From the human T2T-CHM13v2.0 reference genome, Homo sapiens, in the NCBI RefSeq assembly GCF_009914755.1, contig NC_060941.1: a stretch of DNA of 64,000 bases; one strand, 5' to 3'. The position numbers and the translations under genes are program-made. Below the pieces are notes generated by a model that saw nothing but the letters and a program-made list of their open reading frames with translations, did not search any database and was not told the origin of the DNA. Shown one piece after another: positions 1 through 20,558 of this stretch (its first letter is position 1; each line of letters starts with the position of its first letter).

Positions 1-88
1 GTCCGGTCTGGAGTGCAGTGGCACGATCTCAGCTCACTGTAACCTCTGCCTCCCAGGTTCAAGCAATTCTCCCACCTCAGCCTCCTGA

Positions 89-588
<500 letters not shown>

Positions 589-1694
589 TGAAATGGGTTT
601 TGACTGCTTCTAAGACCCTGCTCAGTCCCAGTTCCTCTGAGTTGCTCAGTGATATCTTCAATAAAAGCTGGGACTGGCCATATTGAATTTTACCTGGGCC
701 CTGCTCACAGGTGCACCCCTTGTTGATCTATGGGGCCCTGCCCCAGACCCCCAAATTCCCATTCTTGGTCTGGCAAGTGATTTGCTGAACTGTTTGTCCC
801 CACTGATCAATGGGGGAAAAATGCCTGTTCATGAGACTTTGGTTCTTTCCTAACTTCCCCCCCACTCCTTACCTTCCTGCAGGCCCCTGAACTTTAGCCC
901 CACCTCAGTGGAGCCGGCACAGGGCCCCATCAGAGCTCCCAACAGGAATAGGGTCACCTCGGGCTCTATCTCTCCATACCCACCTTCCACCCACTTCTCT
1001 GGTTCTCTTTTGGTTTTGTTGTGTTGTTTTGTTTTGTTTTTTGAGACGGAGTCTCACTCTGTTGCCCAGGCTGGAGTGTAGTGGCACAGTCTCGGCTCAC
1101 TGCAACCTCCGCCTCCTGGGTTCAAGCGATTGTCCTGCCTCAGCCTCCTAAGTAGCTGGGATTACAGGCGTGTGCCAGCACACCCAGCTAATTTTTGTAT
1201 TTTTACTAGAGACAGGGTTTCACCATGTTGGCCAGGCTGGTCTCAAATTCCTGACCTCATGATCTGCCCACCTCCGCCTTCTAACATGCTGGAATTATAG
1301 GCATGGAGCCACCGCGCCCTGCCTCTCTTTTGGTTTAACCCTTTGCCATCCAGCCAGAGCTTCTCCATGGCAGTAGTTACTGTCCCCAGCCCTTGCAGTC
1401 ATCCTTTCCAATAGTCTCTCCTCCTACGCCTGGATTTGTTTTTCATTTGACACTGAGCTGCCAGAAGGCCCGGCTCCATGGGGTTACGAGGATACAACGC
1501 ACAGCGGGAAGACCGTGGTTCCAGGCGGCACCGGGCGGGGTCCCAGTGCCACCTGCTTATGACCTGCTCCAGAGCCTGTGCACTCGCTGACCCTGCCACC
1601 TGGCACGCCCTGCCCCTGTCCTTCCCACTCCCTCTTGTGAGTCAGCTCACAGCTCAATACCACCAGGGAGGCCCTCCCTCTCTTCCCACCGTAA

Positions 1695-2009
<315 letters not shown>

Positions 2010-2108
2010 TGATCCACCCGCCTCAGCCTCCCAAAGTGCTGGGATTACAGGCGTGAGCCACTGCGCCCGGCCTTGTGTTTACTTTTTTTTTTTTTTTTTG
2101 TCTCCCTT

Positions 2109-2891
<783 letters not shown>

Positions 2892-3233
2892 CCTTCAACT
2901 GGAAAGTCCACTCCAGGGCCATGGTGACTGTCTTGTTTACCCCTATACCCAGACAGGGCTCAAGTGTGTGGTCAGTGTTCGTGAACAAGAAAGTGACTCT
3001 AGCCTGTGACATGCTCCTCGCTGACCACCCCCCCCCCCCACCCCACGTAAAAAGAGTTCAAGGAGGTCCCATTTGCAAAGTACTGGGTACCTAGTAAGTC
3101 TGTAATATTATAAATTGTGCTTACCACCCTCTTTCCATGATATAGTCCCATTCCCCCATGTTTTAGAGAACATTCAGATTAACCTCCGAAAGATTAAATG
3201 ATGGTAAGGATATAGTGCAGAGATGTGAACTCC

Positions 3234-3640
3234 TGTGTCAGGGAGGAAAAACTTTACCCTCATGTTCATGGTTGGAGGCCTGCAAATTAAACTGACTAAA
3301 GAAAGATTCACAGGAGAAAAGACTTTTAAACATTCATGTACACCAGAGTTCACAGAAAAATGTGACTCAAGGTTAAGTGGTTAGGATCTGGGGCTTGTAT
3401 ACCATCTTCATGAAGCAGGGGACTCTTAGGAAGGATGAATGGGCCCAGAGGAGCACAGGTGGGATTTATGTTAGTCTTGTGACAACAGCTGTTTAGGTGA
3501 TTGCTTATCCTGGTGAGGGACTGGTGAGAGGAGACAATCTTCCCTAGTGCAAAACTCCCTAAAAAGCCCCAGGGAGGGGATTTGTGACAGTTGAATTATT
3601 TTGAGAGATTCTGTTTTTAAGCAGATAAGTAGAGTTCAGA
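3234..3640. mobile_element. Old ERV1-type LTR fragment (MER34/MER31-like; family uncertain)
   Basis: gggaggaaaaactttaccc...aaagattcacaggagaaaag motifs resemble MER4-supergroup LTRs. Confidence 0.4.
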
Positions 3641-3955
3641 GGAAAAAAAAAAAAAGGAAAAGTCAGTCTGGATATCAGTTCGTCTACCTAATTTTGCCAC
3701 GAATCAAGGAAATCACCCTGTACTTTCCTTCTCCGTGGCCAGGGGACATTGAAATTATTTGGTTCTGGCAGGGCATGGTGGCTCTCGCCTGTAATCCCAG
3801 CACTTGGGGAAGCCGAGGTTGGCGGATGGCTTGAGCCCAGGAGTTGGAGACCAGCCTGAGCAGCATAGTGAGACTGTCTTCTACAAATAATTTCAAAATT
3901 ATAGGAGGCCAGGTGTGGTGGCTCACACCTGTAATCCCAGCACTTTGGGAGGCTA

Positions 3956-4179
<224 letters not shown>

Positions 4180-6340
4180 TTATCTCAAAAAGATAAAACA
4201 ACAAAAAAATTATGGGAGGCTGAGGCGGGTGGATCACCTGAGGTCAGGAGTTCGAGACCAGCCTGGCTAACATAGTGAAAGCCCATCTCTACCTGGGCAA
4301 CACAGCGAGACTCCATCTCAAAAAATAAATAAATAAATAAATTAGCTGGGTGTGGTGGCCCGCACCTGTGGTCCCAGCTACTCAGGAGGCTGAAGTGAGA
4401 AAAATCACTTAAGCCCAGGAAGTTGAGGCTGCAGTGAGCCCTGGTGGCGCCACTGCACTCCAACCTAGGCAACAGAGTGAGACCCTTTCTCAAAAAAAAT
4501 AAAAAAGAAAAATTATTTGGTTCTCAGGAGAGAAATAGGCTGCGTTCTCCTTCTCCAGCCCCGGGCTTTTCTTTGCTGTTCACCTTGCTGACTCCCCATG
4601 AATGCTTGTATCCGGCCACCAGGGTGGCATTTTGCAGAAAAGCAGTAATTTGCATATCACCTAAAAGAGTTCACACATCCCCCATGGGGTGTAATATACC
4701 ATCAAGGATCACTTAAGTACTGGAGAGAAGCAGCTGATCAATGAAGAGCTTTAATGACTTGAGAGTCTGGGGCAGGGGAGAATCTAATTTATTCAGCCAA
4801 CCACCGTGGACCCACAGGGGAAAGAACAAAGAGCCACAAACAAAAACTCACTTCCACTTCAGGACCACTTAGCCCACGCCAGGCTCCGGGCTCCGGGGTC
4901 CAGGCTCCAGGCACCAGGCTCTGGGTATTTAATCCTCAGAACAGTTTCTGAGACTGGCATCCTTATCTCCACTTTAAAGACAGGGATGGAGGCTCAGGGA
5001 CGATCACTTGCCAAGGTCACACAGCTATTGAGCGCTGGGTAGGAACGAAAAGAAAGAGTCTCCTTCGTGTAGTTTCAAACTAATGAAAAATGGAAAAAAA
5101 TTCAAAAGTATTTTCAGTAAACAAAAAATCTATTATATATTTCTATTCTATGTTATGCTAGTTAATGAAGACATAGATGAAAAGGAGAGAGGGGGAGAGA
5201 GATTGAGAAAGTCCAAGAAAACAGGAAAGAGAAATGAGATACAGGAGTCCGTAGACCAGGTCAGAAGATCCCCCACCCACAACGGTGGATGGCAGAATAA
5301 ACCGCAACCTCCTCACACACCGAGGGGCTTGGGGGATTCCCGGTGACGTAAAGGTGCCCTCCTTGACTTTCTTGCAACAACAGCAAAGGCTTCTCCACAG
5401 TGGCGTTCTAAAGGTTTCCCACGCGCTGACGGCTGAGTTGGTTTTCAAGCTTTACTTGGAGCTTGCTGACACTATCACAGATGCCTGAAAGTCCCTTTGA
5501 GAAAGGAGCCATGCTGGCTGGTTTTAGCCCACAGTCTCTGAACACAATTTGGTATTGACTTTTTATTTATTTATTTAAAAACAGAGACGGGGTCTCACTA
5601 TGTTGCCCAGGCTGGTCTCAAACTCCTGGGCTCCAGCGATCCTCTCACCTCCGCCTCCCAAAGTGTTAAAATTACAGGTGTGAGCCACTGCTCCCAGCCA
5701 GTATAAATGTTTGTGTCAGTTTTCAGCCCCCTGTTCCATGCCCCCCCATACCATGCGCACGCACACACACACGGACTTAGATTCTCCCCATTTGAGCAGC
5801 TTTCCTCCAGCTGTTTGGGCGAGTGTGCAGTGCTGCCATATAAATGTGCTCAATAAAGCCCATGGTGATGACTCATCTCGGCACTATCTGAGCTCCACTT
5901 TCCCCATCCAGAGTCCCGAGTTTCTGCATTAAACGTGGTCGTCATAACCCAGTTCTGTCCGGCAGGAAGCCCTTGCTACAGACCTGGGTCCAGTGTGTCT
6001 CCTCTGGACAGTTGGGAGGTGGCAGCCCTATGGTTCGTGTGGGTTCTTCCCACAGGTAACTGAAACAGAGGGCCAGAGGGATGGGACCCCAGCATAGAAT
6101 ATGAATGTATAGGCCAGGTGTGGTGGCTCACGCCTGTAATCCCAGCACTTTGGGAGCAGAGGCGGGCAGATGGCTTGAGGTCAGGAGTTTGAGACCAGCT
6201 TGGGCAACATGGCGAAACCCTGTCTCTACTAAAAATACAAAAATATTAGCCAGTCATGGTGGTGCATGCCTGTAGTCTGGGCTACTCAGGAGGCTGAGGC
6301 AGGAGGATCGCTTGAACCTGGGAGGCGGAAGTTGCAGTGA

Positions 6341-7304
<964 letters not shown>

Positions 7305-8054
7305 CTCTGAAAGAGAACGAACTGAAACTAACTGTTCAAAGGTATATTTTCTCTTTGCTTTCTGTAGCTTTTATTGTTTAATGCTCAGCCTTGGAAGGAT
7401 ATGCCGTTCCATATGTTCTAAAAGGAACAAAACAGTCTACCAGTACTTAGCATCTACTCATTTCCAGCCACTAGAGTCCCCAGCCTCACCACAGTTTAGC
7501 AGACTGTTAGCTGTTACATTAACTAAATGCGTAAAATGCTGATATCCTAATATGCCTCTTTTTTTGAAAATAGCATCATAATTCATCATAATTTGTAGGC
7601 TCGCAAACATTTTCTTGGAATCCACTGGACTCCCCCATGCTTTTTAATTCCGTACTTTCTGTGCAAGCAACACAATAGTTGGAACTGACTTCAGGCCAAC
7701 TGCTTCCTTTTAACTTTTGTCATGTTACCCAGAATAGAGGCATGGAGTTGTTTACCCGGTTTTCATTGAGGAACATTCTTTGTCTTCCAAGGAATACATA
7801 AGAAGCCTTCCTGTCTCAGAACACCAAGCTCTGAAAGGTGACTTTTCTGCTCGAGTAATTACACTGGTTGACTGAGCTCCGGAAAGGAAACGCATTCTTG
7901 GTTGCAGAGAGAGGAAGTGGCTTGCATTGTTGGACAAAAAGAAAAATGATTGTTTCCTAGGGTCACTGTCCTCAGCCTCCCTTTAGAGAGCCTGGATCTT
8001 GCAGCCATCAGTTATGGAAGTGGCTCTGGGAATAACTTTGCCCTGGGTGATGAT

Positions 8055-9051
<997 letters not shown>

Positions 9052-9107
9052 TTTTTTTTTTTTTTTGAGACAGAGTCTCGCTTTGTCGCCCAGGTTGGAG
9101 TGCAGTG

Positions 9108-9597
9108 GGGCAAAAGCCACAGACACTCAAGGCCAGCCAGTGCAAGCAGCCGGCAGCCGGGAGGGGGGCTGAACCCCAAAAAGCCACAGGGATGGAGCTG
9201 CCCAAGGCCATGGGAGCCCACCTCTTGCATCAGTGTGACCTGGATGTGAGACATGGAGTCAAAGGGGATCATTTGGAACTTTAAGGTTTAATGACTGCCC
9301 TATTAGATTTTGGACTTGCATGGGGCCTGTAGCCCCTTTGTTTTACCCAATTTCTTCCGTGTAGAGTGGGTATATTTACCCAATGCCTGAACCCCCATTG
9401 TATGTAGGAAGTAATTAAGTTGCTTTCAATTTTACAGGCTCATAGGAGGAAGGGACTTGCCTTGTCTCAGATGAGACTTTGGACTTGGACTTTTGGGTTA
9501 ATGCTGGAATAAGCTAAGACTTTGGGAGACAGTTAGAAAGGCATGATTGTGTTTTGAAATGTGAGGACATGAGATTTGGGAGGGGCCAGGGGCAGAA
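9108..9597 (+). mobile_element. THE1 internal region, 3' part, with polypurine tract
   Basis: Typical THE1-int sequence (gagacatggagtcaaagg...ccttgtctcagatgagactttggact) ending in PPT GGGAGGGGCCAGGGGCAGAA. Confidence 0.85.
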
Positions 9598-9976
9598 TGA
9601 TACAGTTTGTCCGTGTCCCCCACCCAAATCTCATCTTGAATTATAGTTTCCATAATTCCCAAGTGTCCTGGGAGGAACCCGGTGGGAGGTAACTGAATCA
9701 TGGGAGCAGTTACTGCCAGGCTGTTCTCGTGTTAGTGAGTGAGTTCTCAGGAGATCTGATGGTTTTATAAGGGCCCTTTCCCCGCTTTGCTCAGCACTTC
9801 TCCTTCCTACTGCCCTGTGAAGAAAGTGCCTTTCTTCCCCTTTGCCTTCCACCATGATTGTAAGTTTCCTGAGACTTTCCTAGCCATGCAGGACTGTGAG
9901 TCCATTAAACCTCTTTACTTATAAATTAGCCAGTCTCGGGTCTCTCTTCATAGCAGTGTGAGAACAGACTAATGCA
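9598..9976 (+). mobile_element. THE1 3' LTR (MaLR)
   Basis: tgatacagtttg...cccacccaaatctcatcttgaatt...gactaatgca. TATAA at 9766, ATTAAA at 9904. Confidence 0.88.
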
Positions 9977-10378
9977 GGGGGGCTATTATGTTGCCAATCA
10001 CAGGTATATAATAAAAAGTTAAGAATTATAATTTCTAAGTGGTAGGATTTCCCTTAATCCTTTTCTCTTATCTATATTTTCAGAAGTTTTCCCAGGAATA
10101 CACATACTGCTTTTGAAATGAGAAGAATGAAATCTCATTTATAGTCTATATTGACGTCTTTGCAATGTTCATTAATCCACCTCTCAGGACAGCCCTGAGA
10201 AGTGCATACTGTTCCTGAACAGTTAACAGTTACAAAGATGAATTGAAAAGTATTTAGGCGGCCAGGCGTGGTGGCTCACACCTGTAATCCCAGCACTTTG
10301 GGAGGCCGAGGTGGGTGGATCACGAGGTCAGGAGATCGAGACCATCCTGGCTAACACGGTGAAACCCCATCTCTACTA

Positions 10379-10555
<177 letters not shown>

Positions 10556-12033
10556 TCATGCCTGTACTTCTAGCACTTTGGGAGGCCGAGGTGGAAGGAT
10601 CACTTAAGACCAGGAGTTCGAGACCAGCCTAGGCAGCAAAGCAAGACTCTTTCTCTACAAAAAAATTAATCAGGCATAGTGACATGTGCCTGTAGTCCTA
10701 GCTACTTCGGAGGCTGAGGTAGGAGGATCACTTGAGCCCAAGAGGTTGAGGCTGCACTGAGCCAAGATCGTACCACTTCACTCCAGCCCAGACATTAGAG
10801 CAAGACCTTGTCTCGAAAAACAAAAAAAAGAAAGAAAAGAAAAATAATGCTTTTTACTAGGATTTTTACAATACGTGAAACGAATTCTATCTTGAGAACA
10901 GAGTATTGGTATTGCCAGTAATATTTTAAAGTTCTTTTGCTTCCAAAAAGGAAGGTCACCTTCCCTGTCTATAAGAAGTCAGTGCCACCTTGGCCCACAG
11001 AACCTCAGATTCTCACCTCTGCCTTCCCAGCCAGCCTTCCCTTCTTGGGCACTTTTCTGGGACACAGGCTGAATGCACCCAAAAATGCATCAGCAGGCTT
11101 GATAAAGAACGAGTTAAGGCTGGGCTCAGTGGCTCACACCTGTAATCTCAGCACTTTGGGAGGCCGAGGCAGGTGGATCACCTGAGTTCAGCAGTTCTAG
11201 ACCAGCCTGGCCAACATGGTGAAACCCTGTCTCTACTAAAAATATAAAAAAATTAGCCAGGTGTGGTAGCACATGCCTGTAGACCCAGCTATTCAAAAGG
11301 CTGAGGCACGAGAATTGCTTGAACCCAGGAAGCAGAGGTTGCTATGAGCCGAAATTGCGCCACTGCACTCCAGCCTGGGTGACAGAGTGAGACTCTGTCT
11401 CAAAAAGAAAAGAAAAGAAAAAGTTGAAACACCAACCAAGGTAAGTTCATCTCCCTTCTAAGCCACCCATGAGACACTGCTGGGGTGAAGAAGTCACTGT
11501 CTGTGGCAAAAACCATTTAGATGAGAAGTGGACACCCTTAAAGCTTCCGCTTCCCTCTGCAGTACAGCAAAGAGTTAAGCATGATAGGTTAGTTTCTATT
11601 ATTCCCACCTTGTGCAGAGATTCAATGTCCCCTACCCTACTCACAGGCCTAAAATGCTCCCCAGGCACAGCCTTCTGGTCCCAGGAGAGAGATCCCGGCT
11701 GCTAAATGCGGGTGCAAATAAAATCAGCAAAGGGCGCCCTGGATGTGAAGGAGGTGTGGGTGTCAGCCTGCAATCCCCACCTGCAGCAAGATCATTTTTA
11801 TAAAACCCTTTGTTTGGCCACCTGGATATCTGTGACAAATGATCCCAGGAGCCACTGCCTTCCCTCCACCCCACCACATGATTCAAAAGGCAGGCACTGG
11901 CTGGGCAAGGTGGCTCACGCCTGTAATCCCAGCACTTTGGGAGGCCAAGGTGGGCAGATCATGAGGTCAGGAGTTCGAGACCAGCCTGACCAACATGGTG
12001 AAAATCCTGTCTCTACCAAAAATACAAAAATTA

Positions 12034-12576
<543 letters not shown>

Positions 12577-12893
12577 CTATAGCAGGAACACAGGTCTCTT
12601 CTCAGTTCCTGAGAAGAGAACTGTTTTCTTGTTTTGCCTTTAGTCATTTACTTGAACCACTCCAGAAAACTGCCCGTCCTGCTGCTGCCTGCCTCTGACC
12701 ATGTACCAGTCACAAATAAACTGGGAAATGCAAACGTGGGTGTTTTATATAACTTGCAGCCCCTGCATCTGCAGCTGTGTATTTTGTTTAAAGCTGCAAG
12801 CCCGGCCGGGCACGGTGGCTCATGCCTGTAATCCCAGCACTTTGGGAGGCCGAGGTGGGTGGATCATGAGGTCAGGAGTTCAAGACCAGCCTA

Positions 12894-13392
<499 letters not shown>

Positions 13393-14692
13393 CTAAGTGA
13401 AAAGGAACAAAATCAGCACTGAGAGAGGTCGTGGGAGCTGTTTTCCAAGTATCTCAGAATACTTGGCAGGATGAAGCAAGAAGACCTATATTTAAAATCT
13501 TCTTTATCAAGGCCTGTTTGAAGTCAGTTTATTGTTTGGTAAAGAAAAGAAGACAAAAGTTTTGACTCTCCTTTTTTTTTTTTTTTAAATTTTGAGACAG
13601 AGTCTCACTCTCACCCAGGCTGGAGTGCATTGGCACCATTACTGCTCATCGCAGCCTCCAACTCCTGGGCTCAGGCGATCCTCCTGCCTCAGCCTCCTAA
13701 ATAGTTGGGACTACAGGTGCACACCACCAGGTTCAGCGAATTTTTATTTTTATTTGTAGAGATGGGGTCTCACTATGTTGCCCAGGTTGGTCTCAAACTC
13801 CTGAGCTCAAGCATTCCTCCTGCCTCAGTCCCCCAAAGTGTTGGGATTATAGGGATGAGCCACCACACCCGGCTGACATACATATTTTTAAATGCTGTAA
13901 AAATTCACATTGATTTAAACGTTTTAGGGGTCTTTGCTGTTGCAAGAAATTTGTGTGCCTGAGGAATCCCTAAATAAGGCAGCCTGTTGTGAGAACTATA
14001 ATAGTGATGTGAGTAAAACCCGGAGCCAGAACCCAGAAGAAGGAGAAATTAATTCTGACCCTTAAATCTCGGTGTCACACAGAGGAAATGAACCGGGAAG
14101 GATGGTGTGGGATTGTGGAGGGCAGAGGTTGGGAGAAAAGACCTTCCAGTTGGAAGAGGCTCAAAGTAAAGTTCTGGAGTGGGAACTTGGGAGGAGGCAC
14201 CTGCTCCTGTCTGAACAGAGAGCCATGTGACGGACCTGGTTTTCAGCCCCTGGCTCTTGGGGCAGAGTAAAACTGAAAGGCTCATATTTTTCATCATTGT
14301 TTGCATATTGTGTTTTACAAGTCTGAGAAGTAGTACAGACATAAATTTGCTACAAAGCCAATTTGGAATTTGAAGGGACATTTTTATCAGTAACAGGATG
14401 TTTGAACAAACTTGGAATTTCATGGACTTTTCCACAACCCTCTTTCATGTCTGTAAGGAGCTTACCTGGCAGGATGCTCTGGGGTAAGTGGGACTGTAGA
14501 AGTCCCCTGTCTCATCCACCACTGCAGCTGTGAGAGGGGGCTGGGGCCATGGGTGGGAGGATTTTTGGACCATGATTCCAGGCGGACACCCCATCTTTAC
14601 AAAATTAAATGGTAAGCATCCTCTTCATTTGCTGTAATTGGCTGTCTCTGGTGTTAGTTGAGTTCCATTTACCCAACAGTTTTCCGTCTTTA

Positions 14693-15231
<539 letters not shown>

Positions 15232-16622
15232 TTAGATGAGAATTTTCCCCATGGAGTTGGCCTGTCACCAATGAATTGCTCAAGAAAACCCAGCCCTACT
15301 GACCCTGGCCAGCTCCTGCAGGAAGAAATATTTGGTAGGCTTGAGGGATAAGAAAGTCTTTCATTCCAATGAAGTTGGGCAAAGGGGCTTCGTTTGGGGA
15401 CCTTTTGGTCTTTGAGACTCCCTGAATATTATCTCCTGTGCCTCCTTCTTCGTTCCCACCACTTTAAGGGAGACTATGCAGAATGACAGAATGATTTGGC
15501 CTTTTGCAGTGGGCCTCCATGGGACCCAGCATGATAAGAAGGCCCTAAAAACAAGACTGCCCTGGTGGATCCCTCACCTCCCCCTACACAAGGCTGGCAC
15601 TGAAGTTCTCTCGAACCTAGGACTGGGAGCCCAAGGCTTGGACGCCAAACAGCAAAGCTTCATCTAATCTCAGTCAGCTTCAGGGTCAACTGGACAGCGG
15701 GAATCATTTGATTTTTTCCATCTGGGCATACTGACTAGGCCATCAGGCCCACCTGGCTCATGCTGTTCATGCCAGTGTCCCAGTAGCTGGGAGCATGTGC
15801 TCAGAGCCATTAAGGGTGAGTGCGGCAGGCCGCACTGTGGAAGGGGCTGGAACAGCTTTTCCCTATCGTTTATCCTGAAGCCTTCTTACCTAGGCGGTCT
15901 TTCAAGGGTGCCCATGGCCACCTGGGCGTTGTCTCCGTCCTCCTTGAGGATTACAAATCAGTGATCTCTGAGTTTATCTCCCAGTCAGGTCCCTTCGGAG
16001 AGTGAAGGAGGCCTTGTTAATTACCACCTTCGTTCAGTAGGCACATATGGAGACTGTCCTGGGCCAAATGGAATGTATGTCACCCTAATTATAAAGGATG
16101 GAAAAGGGAACAAAGGTGACTCATTAATGAGACCTTGTAGTCTCCACCGAGTGGAGGACTGTCCCCGAGCCTCATACGTTCCAAGGGCAATGGACATGCT
16201 TCTGTTATGTAATATTCCAGATGCTGCCACGTCCAATGTACGGAGCACTCCAGTTGCTGGTCTGGGAATGCGCTTAACGTAAGGAAAGCCTCGGCCCCAG
16301 CCAGAGAAGATCATGCTTTTTCTAAGTCAAGGTTATAATTATGCATTTCGACAGCCTCCTTCCTGTAATTGTTCAGATGTTCGTAGCAGGCGTGCATGCA
16401 GGCGGTGCACCTAGAAGCTGCTGTCAATCACCATCGCCTCTTTACAGCATTCCTCTCTGATTATGCAGGGAGCACAGGCTTTGACTGGCAAAGTGATCCC
16501 AAGAGGCTTAGCATGGGAAAGAAATAGCTAGTACTTTCCAGAAACCATCCCACCACCTTCAGCGGGATGAAGGAAGCCCTGGCTTTGCTGACTTCCCAAG
16601 AAGCATCCCAAAAGCTTGCTTA

Positions 16623-17019
<397 letters not shown>

Positions 17020-18080
17020 TTACGGGCGAATTCCAGACTCTGTCCTACCCAGGAAGGAATACCTTTCAGGGGTTGGAAGGATGTTTCAAATCACACCTGG
17101 TCCTCATTGGCGTTAAATTAAACAAAGTTAGATGGAGGAGCACCATCAAGGAGCCGGTATCCCTGTGAAAGAGCAGACGTGGCTGTTGTCAAGGAGGTGA
17201 TAAGCTCTCTGGCAGGATGAGAAGCAGTATTTATTTTATCCACCTACAGGATCAAAGAGTATGTATTTGACGAAATAATTTATGCTGAGTGAATGTGAAA
17301 TATCATCTCTAATTGCAGGCAATTAATATTTTCACTGATAAGGAGAGGGCCCCAGGCTGGCTTGCCTCAAACGGCCCTTACACTCCAGCAGTTCATACTT
17401 CTATTATGTACATAATCCCTGGATTACATAAACCCACCTGCACTTAAACCTACCAGCTCCACCCACCCTTGCCAAAGCTGTCACTATGAGAAGAATTAGA
17501 ACCTTCGCAAATACATTCTGAACCAATGCCACAGAAAAGGCAGCAGCTTGGAATGTCAGGAACAACTTCGGGAATCTGACCTTTGGGACATTCCCCAGGC
17601 TGCCCTGACCCTCAGTCTGGATTTGCCCTAAGAATACTTTCCCGTATTGCACTGAAAACATTTTCAGCTCATTTGTTATACTGCCTGAGAGCCCATCGAC
17701 TGGAGATTAGACTGACAAACATCGTCTTAAAAATGTGAATCATGGCCAGGTGTGGTGGTGCACGCCTGTAAATCCCAGCACTTTGGGAGGCTGAGGTGAG
17801 CAGATCCCTTGAGCTCGGGAGTTCAAGACCAGCCTGAGCAACATAGTGAGACATCCTATCTTTAGAAATAAAAAATAAATTTAAAAAAAGTGAATCATGA
17901 AGTGCCCATTAGACATGTACATCTAGGCATGAAGCGTTCTAACCGCCTTGTTTTGCCACTCACGTAGGAGCTCAGCTAGGGATTTCCTGGAGCATGTCAC
18001 AACCACAGTGCCATCACAGAGGGACGAGGACAGAGGTCTAGAACGTCGCTGTGTGTCTGCGTGTTCTACTCCCCAACTAG

Positions 18081-18368
<288 letters not shown>

Positions 18369-19002
18369 TGATCCACCGGTCTCGGCCTCCCAAAGTGTTA
18401 GGATTACAGGCGTGAGCCACTGCGACCGGCCCCTTCTCTCCATATTCTGATTGTAAGCATCACCTTTCCAACACAGAAATGTCAGCCCTGCTGGGGCTCC
18501 GATGTGTGACTGAGATTCAGCTAATTGCATGTCCCCACAGGAGACTTGGACTCGGAACTCACTTAGGTGAGAGAGAGGCAGGGAACAGAGCATCGTTTTG
18601 TTATCGTGGGTTGTGGCAGAGGGAGCTTGGCTCTGGAGGCAGGAACCAAGGCAGCAACATCCTGACTTGGCAGCTGCCTAATCCGGGTGAGGTGGCAGCT
18701 CCATCGGTGAGATGGTTCTTCAGTGTGATCCTGAGAGTTGGTTGTCCCTGGAAGCCTGCCTAGTGCCTGTATTGCTGGCCCTCCTGCCAGTTACATGAGC
18801 TCTCTCTATCTCTTCCTAAAGCCCTTCTGGCTTGAATTGGCTAGGCTGGATCCTGTTGTCTGCAGCTAAGAACATCCTGGCTACTGCCGACAAAGCAAAG
18901 ACAACAGCGGGCAGGGAAAAGAGATGTGGAGAAGTGGTAGGAGAGGCAGAAAGAGATTCGGGAAGTTGGCAAATATTTTGAATAATGGCCACTATTTATT
19001 GA

Positions 19003-19248
<246 letters not shown>

Positions 19249-19329
19249 TGATCCACCCACCTCGGCCTCCCAAAGTGCTGGGATTACAGGCGTGAGCCAC
19301 CGCACCCGGCCCATGTGCACTATCTTTAA

Positions 19330-19480
19330 CCCTCACCACTCTGTTAGGCATTATTCCCATTTTACAGATGAGGAAACGGGCTCAGAATGGTTAAGGAGCC
19401 TGCCCAATGCCACACAGCCTTTAATGGTGAATCAGGAGCTGGGACTCCAATCCTTTGTGCTCAAAGCCTAGGCTCTCCCT
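19330..19480 (-). mobile_element. MIR (others at ~4950-5040, 23850-23990, 39680-39760, 45120-45230, 61715-61780, 63915-64000)
   Basis: Core cccattttacagatgaggaaacgggctcagaatggttaagg. Confidence 0.75.
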
Positions 19481-20558
19481 AGTTTGTTACTTTGTCCAGG
19501 CCAACGCTGCCTGCAGAAAAGAGTGGACCCTCCTTTCCCCATTCTTTCTGCTCCTCTTGTCTTCCAACTCTCAGGGCCCAGACATTCAGCTAAGCCTGAG
19601 GAACACCACAGTTTGCTCATCTGGGCTTAAAAGGCTGTGTAAACATGCATTAGTCAGCAGCAGCCCACACACTGGAAAACATTGATATACTGGGGCAAAC
19701 ATTCCCAGAATAGATGACAAACTACCGAGTCCACCACTCAGGGGATGGGATTCCAGGAGCTATTTGCTTTCTGCCTTCAACAATTGTGCTATTTGAATTT
19801 TTTACACACAGTAGGTGGATTGCTTCTGTTATCACATCATATATTGCAATTAGTGACACCAAATCAGTTGTTTAAGAGAGAAGGGCAGGCAAGAAAACAT
19901 AAATTGTGATTATCATTGGATAGTGAGATTATCATTAATTTTTATTTTCTTCTTCATCTTCTTTTTTTTTTTTTTGAGACAGCGTCTCACTCTGTCACCC
20001 AGGCTCAGTGCAGTGGCACAATCTTGGCTCACTGTAGCCTCAACTTTCCGAGCTCAAGTGATCCTCCTGCCTCAGCCTCCTGAGTAGCTGGGACTACAGG
20101 TGTACACCACCACATCCAGCTACTTTTTTTATTTTTTGTAAAAACAGGATCTCACTCTGTTGCCCAGGCTGGTCTTGAACTCTTGGGTAACATAGGAGCA
20201 ATCCTCCTGCCTTTGCCTCCCAAAGTGTTGGGATTACAGGCATGAAGCACCATCCCCACCCTATTTTCTTCCTTTGGCATTTCTGCATTAGACATATTTC
20301 TAAGATGACCGTGTGCTCTCGTTGCTTGTAGCTGCCACGAACAGATAACCCTGACTCACCCTGGGTTGTGCCATGAGGACACTGATAAGAACACACAACT
20401 GCAAGGCAGAAGGAGGGCCTGGGCCTGGCCAGAGCAGCAACGCCACCCAAGGCCACCCAAGGCAGAGATGCTCTTTCTGCCTCTCCTCTCTGCAGTCCCC
20501 GTGTCTCCTCCATCACAGGTTGCATCCCCTCATGGGTACCGCATGTCTGCAGCAGCCT

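Noticed and set aside
14461-14473. CTTACCTGGCAGG matching the U1 snRNA 5' end
   Set aside because: Only 13 nt with no further U1 similarity. It is equally a minus-strand donor-like motif with no supported exon.
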